Shown here piece after piece: positions 54,983-64,000 of a stretch of 64,000 bases of DNA (positions are counted from its first letter, which is position 1; each line of letters begins with the position of its first letter). The stretch is from Eledone cirrhosa (taxonomy: Eukaryota). Location of the stretch: contig OZ024745.1 of the NCBI GenBank assembly GCA_964016885.1, forward strand, positions 85,746,001 to 85,810,000. Reading direction: 5' to 3'. Both the position numbers and the translations under genes were made by a program. Under the pieces are notes generated by a model, which did no database searches, was not told the origin of the DNA, and worked only from the letters and a program-made list of their open reading frames with translations.

Positions 54983-57400
54983 TAAGATCAAAAGATGGTT
55001 AAAAGTGTTCCAAGTATTTTATTATGCGCATTTCAAAAACAAATATAATCATGGGATGATATTTGTGTTCTCATCTGATAAAATATGGAGACATGATATG
55101 AAGCTTAAAAAACACTTGCGAGCTGTGAAGTGTTAAATCAACATATGAAAAATAAAGTAAGATGGATATATTAGATTGGGAAAAAAGAAGGGGTGGGGGT
55201 TGAAAAAGTAAGGAAGAGGATGAAAGAAAATAAAGGATGACGGGGGAGGAGTATAAGAAGGAAGGATGAGAGAGGAGGAGGTGATAGAGAGAGAGAAATA
55301 GCCTTTACAATTGAGAGAACATTGTCTCACAGAGAAATTAAAAAACCGTTGAAAGATAATGGATAATTTAAAAGGAATTTGAAATTAAAAGTTAATGAGG
55401 TTTATGAATGGTCATGTTTCTGAATTAAGAAAAAGAAATTTATTTATTTAAGGTTTATATATTGAAGGGTTTAATAATATGTGCGAAAAAAAAGAATTTA
55501 TTAATATGTATTATTAAAATTAATATATTAAGGATATTAAGGATATAATATGAAAGAATGAGAGATTGAATGAATTATGAACTTAGAGGAATTAGTTAGG
55601 GTTTAAGTTTGTTTTTATGTATTGTAATATGTAAAAGTAAATAATAGGTTTAATGCGAGTACGGAAGGAGAGAAGAAAGAAGAAAATTTAAGAAAGAAAA
55701 AATATCTAACGTCAAAAAGTATATATGTTTACAAAATTTTCTAATGGTAATATTATTATATATTAAAACAGATATAGTTTCTATGGCCAATAATATAAGG
55801 AAAAATGGAAAATTGGAAAATGCCATAGTGAGTAATAATATGAATTAAGAAGTAATTTAGAAGTAAAAGTTACAGATTAAAGATTAGAAATTAAAAAAGA
55901 AAAAAGGAAGAAAGGAAAAAGGATAAAAAGAAGAAAGATAGGGGACCTCTAACAACATAGAATGAGTAAATTGTATAATATAATATACTGAAATAGGGTA
56001 GAAAGATGGGTATATTTGTAAAAGATATAAAAGCCTTTGAGAAAAGAAGATTTTAAACTAATTAGGTATTGAGATATTAGCTGTATACTTTATGGAAAGT
56101 TCTATGGGATTTATGCAAGCAGAGCGAAAATAAATCCGTACGTCTATTTATTATAGAATAAAATTAGATATAATGGTAAATTTTTCGGCTAGGCAGAGAT
56201 TACATCTTCTGGATAGGGAAGAATTCCGGTAAGGAAAGGCGTTGCAAACCTTCCTCCAAGAAATGTTATAGTTAATATTTTTGTCTTTGAAGGACCATAT
56301 GAGTTCCGAGAGTGCAGTGTTAGTTCTTTTAAGTTGGTATTTAAAAGACGATTTGTGATTATAAAATCTTGCTTTAAAGGAAGTGGAAGTGGAACGGAAT
56401 AGATAAAAGAATTAGTACCAGTTATAACCTTATATTCATACACTAGGTTTTTATCAAGACATTGGTTATTAAGAGGACATTTAGTTCTAACAGGGCAATT
56501 ACAATTAGGATTAGAGAAATTAACAGAATTATTAACAAGTGACCTAGTATTATTTATAGAAGGAATTTTATTGGAGAAGTTATTTACGATAGGAACTATA
56601 GTTTCCTGATTTAGATTGGTGTTATGAACATTCATCGAGGTTACGTTTAACGTCGTATTTAAATTTACTGAATCTAGCCTAGAGTTAACATTGACGTCGG
56701 GTTTTACTATTGCTATTATTATGACGCTCAGTGTTGGATGGATATAATTTATTATTTAATATTTTATTATTGTGTTTAGAGATAATGTAAGAGATGTTGG
56801 AAGTGGTGGAATAAGAGAATTTCATTGTATGTTTGTTAAAGATGTTACTATAGATATGCGAGGGAGGGAAGCATTTATCTAAGGCCCTAAAGAATAGTTT
56901 AGGAATATTATTAGTAATAGATAGAGAAAAAGGAGCATTATACCAAATCATATTTTTGTATCTAGGTCTTTTATTTAAGTTATTGGAATGTTCGCAATTA
57001 ACTATTTTACTATAAGTCCTTCGATGATTGGTTTCTTTACTGTATTTAATTTTCTCAGGATAACCGGCTTTGGAAAGCGCATTATTATAGTAATTGGCAT
57101 TAGCGTCGAAGATAATTTTATTATAGGATAGATTTGAGATTCTTTTTTCCGTATTACTGACTAGAGCATGTTTAACGTTAGTGGGGTGGTTAGATTTAAA
57201 ATTAACATAAATTAGATTCTCATTGTCTTTATAGTAAGGGTAATATAGGCCAGTGTCAAGGTTAAGGGATATATCCAGGAAGTTAGCTAGTTTGACGTTG
57301 TTATCAAATTCAATTTTAATGTTATGGTGCTTAAATAGATGAAGTATATTGTTCTTAATAATATTAAGGTTAACTAAGTTACAGTTTAAGACAGTAAAAA
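54983..57400 (-). mobile_element. 5'-truncated YRDD-type PLE (coding remnant 56077-57400) with 3' UTR
   Basis: NFLDISLNL, SNHP, IWYNAPFS, CNCPVRTKCPLNNQC, LVYEY; frameshifted. Confidence 0.85.
55015..55085 (-). ncRNA. Type I hammerhead motif with CAGATGA core variant
   Basis: tattttat-CAGATGA-gaacacaaatat..atatttgtttt-t-GAAA-tgcgca-TA-ataaaata. Confidence 0.68.
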
Positions 57401-57413
57401 TATATATAAATTA

Positions 57414-57528
<115 letters not shown>

Positions 57529-57538
57529 ATGTATATAT

Positions 57539-57622
<84 letters not shown>

Positions 57623-57715
57623 ATATTATTTATATATTATATATATACTATATATATATATATTATATATATATATATTATATATATATATTTATATATA
57701 TATATATGTATATAT

Positions 57716-57778
<63 letters not shown>

Positions 57779-57796
57779 TATATATTATATATATAT

Positions 57797-57830
<34 letters not shown>

Positions 57831-57977
57831 ATCATATATAAATATATATTATATATATATTATATATATATTATATATATATATATTATATATATATTTA
57901 TTTTATATATATATATTATATATATATTATTTATATATTATATATATATATATCATATATAAATATATATTATATAT

Positions 57978-58009
<32 letters not shown>

Positions 58010-58101
58010 TGTATATATATATTATATATATATATACTATATATATATAATATATATATATATATATTTTATAATATATATAATATATATATATATATTA
58101 T

Positions 58102-58183
<82 letters not shown>

Positions 58184-58219
58184 ATTATATATATATATTA
58201 TATATATATATTATATATA

Positions 58220-58299
<80 letters not shown>

Positions 58300-58300
<1 letters not shown>

Positions 58301-58920
58301 GTAACACCAAATCCGTTGTTTATGAGGCCAGAGTGACACCTTTAATCAACAACCAACCAGCCAGGTGTGAGCGATATTATGGCATGACCCAGGACAGGTT
58401 TAAAACCAGGTTATATGCACATGTTGCTTCTTTTAAGCACTCCGATAAACGAACAGCAACGGCCCGCGCAAGTAAGGTGTGGGAATTCAAGGATAAAAAC
58501 ATCCCGTACTCTATCGATTGGTCTATTTTAGACCATTCGCGGGAGTACCAAAGGGGCACAAAGAATTGTTCTTTCTGTACCACAGAAAAATATAGGATTT
58601 TGCCAAACTTAAAAGCCACTTCTGCTTGCCTGAACTCAATGACCGAGATCTTCAGATGTTGTCCTCATCTGAAATCACATCTGATCTGTAACTGGATTGA
58701 CATTCCTATAACTCAACCACCTTGAACTCCTTTTCTGCTCTTTACTTCCACTACGGTTTTTTTACCTGCTGAATCCACGTTCTGTACTCTCGTATTCTCT
58801 TTCTCCCTTATCTCCACTTATATTTAAACCTATTCCTATGTCATTTATTTCCCAATTTTCCCCCCTACCTTCTGCCTTACCCTTCACATACCAAATTTTT
58901 TTTATTTTTTATTTTTAGAT
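58300..58920 (+). mobile_element. PLE GIY-YIG endonuclease fragment (to 58725) plus 3' UTR start
   Basis: SVVYEA..YYGMTQDRFKTRLYAH, CSFCTTEK, LNSMTEIFRCCPH. Confidence 0.82.
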
Positions 58921-58968
58921 ATTTACTTATTTTTGTGTATTGCATATATGTATGTATATGTGTATATA

Positions 58969-59041
<73 letters not shown>

Positions 59042-59129
59042 ATGTATATGTGTGTGTATATGTGTATGTCTATATGTGTGTGTATGTATGTTTATATCTA
59101 TCTGTATGTATATGTATATGTATATATAA

Positions 59130-59588
<459 letters not shown>

Positions 59589-59590
<2 letters not shown>

Positions 59591-62500
59591 CGGCGATGAA
59601 TTAGTTTAGCGAGGTTTTTTATATGAAATCGTGTGTCGAAACAGATATTGTTATACTTGGGGAGGGTCATATTTGCGTAATATTGCCAGAATTAATAACA
59701 GAACACACTCACTGTTTGGTTGACTCTCCCCAAGTATAACAATATCTGTTTCGACACACGATTTCATATAAAAAACCTCGCTAAGCTAATTCGTCGCCGC
59801 TACGGCATTAGCTTGTGCCAAACTGAAAGGTTATTGAAAGACACTGTTTTCTGTTATATAAAAACTACAATAACAACAGAACAAATCCGCTTCTTAAAAC
59901 ACTGTGTTTCCTCCAAAACATACACAACAAACATATCAAAACAAGTAAATAATTTATTATTGAACAAAACACAAGCCGAACGGCTAAAACACACAATAAC
60001 AGTTAATATGAAAAGAACAACATACACAAAAGTCAACGCACTCTACAGACAGAAACGCATCAACGGTAAGGAAATCCGAAATCTCATCACAGCAAACGAG
60101 AGAGATGACTTCATGAGCGTCATCCGACGCGAAACGAAATACGCTCGAAACGAATGCTATAGGCATTTCAAGAAGAAATTAGAATGGATGAATAAGAGAA
60201 AACTACAAGAAAGGAAAATCGAATATTCTCAAAAATACCCAGATAACATCGATAATATCCGTATGACTGATGTAAAACTACCGGAAGAATTTACCAATGA
60301 CCACACAGTAAATATCTATGGGAACACTTTAATCAGTGAACAAGAACAACAAATCCTACGGTTACCACCAAAATTTGCCATCTACAAAAAGATTAACCCT
60401 ATGGAATGCAAAACGGAGCTGGAAAAGTGTTTCACAAAAATACGTTGGAATGCAAAGGTAAACAACAACAACAATAATAACGGTAGTAGTAATATAAACA
60501 ATAACTCTGGGTATAGAAATAACAGCCATAACCATAACAATGGCAGGAAAGTGAGAAATAGTGATAATGGCAATAATACTAGCGATAGACGGAACAACAA
60601 CCACAATAATAATAATAATAGAAACGTTAACCACAGACACAGCAACAGTGACCACAGTAGTAATAACGGTAACAATACGAACAACAACAACAATAACCAC
60701 AGTGGTAATAATGGAAATAGTACATGTAGCAACATCAACAAAAACAAGAAACATAATAATAGTAACAACCACAATGGTAGAAATAACAGTAACAACAACA
60801 ACAATAACGGTGAAGTAAACAACAATACATCTAGCAATCATAACAATAATAATAAGGCTAATGATAGAAACAACAACAACCACCCCGATAACAACAATAG
60901 CAACACACACAACTATGACGATAGATACAATGACAACCCCTTAGATATATATGTTTATATTACTACTACCGTTATTATTGTTGTTGTTGTTTACCTTTGC
61001 ATTCCAACGTATTTTTGTGAAACACTTTTTCAACCCAGCTGACAAAACATATAAGATGGGTAATATCTATCCTACGAGGTTACCCTTTAATAAAAGAGTT
61101 TGCATACCACAGCAAATAGATGACGAGACGGAGGCACAGTTCACCATAGCTAGAAATAAGATTAGACAAGTAGTAGACAGGTATACTAAGAGACAGAGCG
61201 GACCAGAGGCCCAACAACTTGGGAGAAAACCTGTAGAAGGCTTGGTTAGCCTCAAGCAGCGCACAAGGGATGGTGAGGTAGTGTGTCTACCCACAGATAA
61301 GTCTGGTAGGATGTCAATAGATAGCATGCCGAACTACATCGAGGCTATGAAACCCCACATCACCAACACGAGCGAAGTTGCACAACAAACACACGATGGG
61401 AGAGAAAAAATCCTCAACGCTCACATGATGATGTGGACTGACATCCTAATGCCAAGCAGACGCACTGCCAACAACTTCCAGGCGTCTAACAATGGCATAC
61501 CACCCTTGTATGGGCTCCGCAAAGACCACAAGACAGTCGACGACCCGACAACAGGCCACCAACAAGACCCGTATGCGGAGCTAATATAGCTAGCAACTAC
61601 AGGATTTCCTACTTCCTCTCAATGGTTATACGCCCCATAATCAAGATGTCCCCAGATGTATGTGAAAGTACAGAGGACCTCCTCAGCAGAATCAGTGAGT
61701 GCAACAAAAACAGGAGCCTATCCAACTGCATAATAGGCAGCATGGATGTGGTGTCACTGTACCCATCCATTAACATTGATTTTGCTGTGAAAAGATGTGT
61801 GGAGATGATCATTGAGAGTGAGGTGGAGTTCTGCGACGTCGACACAGACGAACTGGGCCTCCTACTTAGACTTACCTACGACACTGACTACCTAGACAGC
61901 CATGACCTTAGATGTTTCTGCCCTAGTAGACCTATAAGAAGTAGACCCCCCACCATAACCTCAATGGCAAAAAAGACTCCCATAGGAAGATGGATTGGGT
62001 GGACCAAAGCTATACGGACCCCCCAAAACACTGATCAGGTAAGAAAAATGGTCGCACATGCAATAGGGGCTAGTATCAAAACTACCCTAAAGGGCCACAT
62101 ATTTAAGTTCAATGAGAAAATCTACACCCAAAATGAGGGAGCAGCCATCGGCGTCAGCATAGCTGGTGATGTTGCCAACCTTTTCATGGTATGGTGGGAA
62201 AGGAGACTTAAAGATCTCCTTAATGAAAGCTCCATAGACCTCATCATGTACTCTCGTTATGTAGACGATATCAATATAGTTATAAGAACACCCCCACTAG
62301 AGAGCACTAACATGTTTGATTTAGAACGTAGCACGATGGAAAGCATCCAGCAGATAGCTAATTCCATACACCAGAGTATAACTGTAACTATCGACTTCCC
62401 TTCCAAACACCCTAAACAATAGACTATCTGTATTAGACACAGAACTCTGGATTAACACTATAGACGAGAGAGCCCAAATTCTCCACTCACACTATGCTAA

Positions 62501-63936
62501 ACCCATGGCCTCCAAATACCTGATACTCAAAAACTCAGCAATGTCCAGTAGTGCTAAGTTTAATATTCTGATCGCAGATTTGGTACGAGTGATGAAGAAT
62601 GTGTCCAGCATGTGCGACCCAACAGAAATGGAAAGACACATCCAACACTTCATCAACCGCATGCAGTTCTCTGGCTACAACCAAAGAGACAGAGTCAGAG
62701 TATACGAAGGAGCCATGGAAAAGTATAAGACCCTCATAAAACTGGACATGAAAGGAATTTGCCCATTATACAGGAGCAAATCATGGAATAGCTTAGATAG
62801 GGCTAGACATAAGATAGGGAAAGCCACATCATGGTACGACAACCAGAGATACTAGAGTGTCATGTTTGTGGACGCCACCCCTGGAGGGAAATTAGCTAAC
62901 CAGTGTAGAAAGGCCTTGAGAAAGACCCACTTAAAAATCAAGGTGGTAGAAAAGCCAGGAACCACCATAAAATCCCTGATCAGCAAAACCTACCCTTTTA
63001 AGAAAACCCACTGTACCAATAGGAAATGTATCATATGTAAGGTGAACCCCCGGATAAACTGTAAAACTAGAAACGTAGTCTATAGCATAAGATGTACAGA
63101 GGGTACTTGCAGAAACATGACAACAACATACATAGGTGAGACAGCTCGTAGCATAGGTGAAAGGATAGACCAACACTGGGGGGAACTAAAAGGACGAAAA
63201 AACGGGTCAGTACTATACGAACATGCTAGACAACAACATGACGGTAACATAGACAACATAGAAATTAGAATAATATCTAAACATAGGAATGACCCAGCAG
63301 ATAGGCAAATCAGAGAGACCAGTGAAATAGAAATTAGAAGACCAAAGCTAAACAGAAAGAATGAGTGGAACAAAAACAACACCCAAACAAACAACACTGA
63401 CCTAAGAGAAGTATAAATAAGTAAATAAATAAAATAAAATAAAATAATATAATAAAATAAAATAAGATAAATAAATACATACACAAGCACAATAACAACA
63501 AGCACATAAACACACACTAGTCACCCAGCAGACACAACACTATACACACTAAATAAATAAATAAATATATAGACAGACTGAATAAAAAAATGGCGTAGAC
63601 ATACAACACAACAGGAGGAAAAAATATAACACAACAGGAGGAAAAAATATAACACCACTGACGATGTTGCAGATGTACAACGAAAGATTTATGTAAATTA
63701 TGTAAACTATATATATGTGTTTGTGTCTATATTGTGTCTGTATTATTTTTGACCATCGGTCAGTCAATGGCAACATTGCGGACCGAGTAAGTTAGATCGC
63801 AGATATAAAAGACAGCGAGAAGCGAAAACCAACCAAACAATGAGTGTGTTCTGTTATTAATTCTGGCAATATTACGCAAATATGACCCTCCCCATATATA
63901 TATATATTGTTAGACTTGGGGAGGGTCATGAGAGGG

Positions 63937-63940
<4 letters not shown>
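59589..63940 (+). mobile_element. Near full-length PLE (family B; Nematis-like by inference) with inverted 5' pseudo-LTR and 3' pseudo-LTR
   Basis: 59589-59670 is inverted relative to 59721-59801; 59659-59720 is inverted relative to 63830-63894; degenerate HHR core CTGACGA..GAAA at 63654-63694. Confidence 0.88.
59720..63416 (+). pseudogene. PLE ORF (N-terminal domain, Asn-rich insert, RT, thumb, GIY-YIG) broken by frameshifts and stops
   Basis: LRLPPKFA, PTDKSG, LYGLRKDHK, IGSMDVVSLYPSI, QNEGAAIG, SRYVDD, NVVYSIRC..YIGETARS. Confidence 0.9.
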
Positions 63941-63968
<28 letters not shown>

Positions 63969-63971
<3 letters not shown>

Positions 63972-64000
63972 AAAGTTCTATTTAAATTGTTGGGATACAA
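63969..64000 (-). mobile_element. Terminus of another family C copy running off the window end
   Basis: Reverse complement of 726-753. Confidence 0.65.

Noticed and set aside
60950-61028. Spliceosomal intron restoring the PLE frame
   Set aside because: No GT..AG boundaries; the segment is an inverted copy of upstream sequence
62420-62860. Selenocysteine recoding or programmed read-through in the PLE ORF
   Set aside because: The interrupting stops are TAG, not TGA; the homologue at 6298-6960 has Gln at the second site (YQSVMF), so this is decay

Overview
AT-rich eukaryotic repeat field with no recognisable host gene; the SINE family and (TA)n/(CA)n richness suggest a cephalopod (octopus-like) genome, which is an inference. 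The window is a nested pile of retroelements inserted into (TA)n microsatellites: about 11 Penelope-like element (PLE) copies or fragments of at least three protein types with direct or inverted pseudo-LTRs, one Tx1/L1-like LINE, one CR1/L2-group LINE and several tRNA-derived SINEs. By eye I find about 40 type I hammerhead ribozyme (HHR) motifs from about 12 sequence families, almost all with palindromic stem III. The most notable structure is a non-coding, retrozyme-like system. It comprises a 467-bp HHR-bearing tandem array (10 full units plus a fold-back inverted arm, 39222-44972), a diverged 422-bp sister family (46094-46805) that conserves the HHR, an ATGCAAAT octamer and a terminal hairpin, and a solo copy (7553-7852) that ends exactly at the predicted cleavage site. 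A further non-autonomous HHR family carries long CA/TA microsatellites as cargo. All structures were read manually. Coordinates may be off by a few bases, and clade names and ribozyme activity are inferences.
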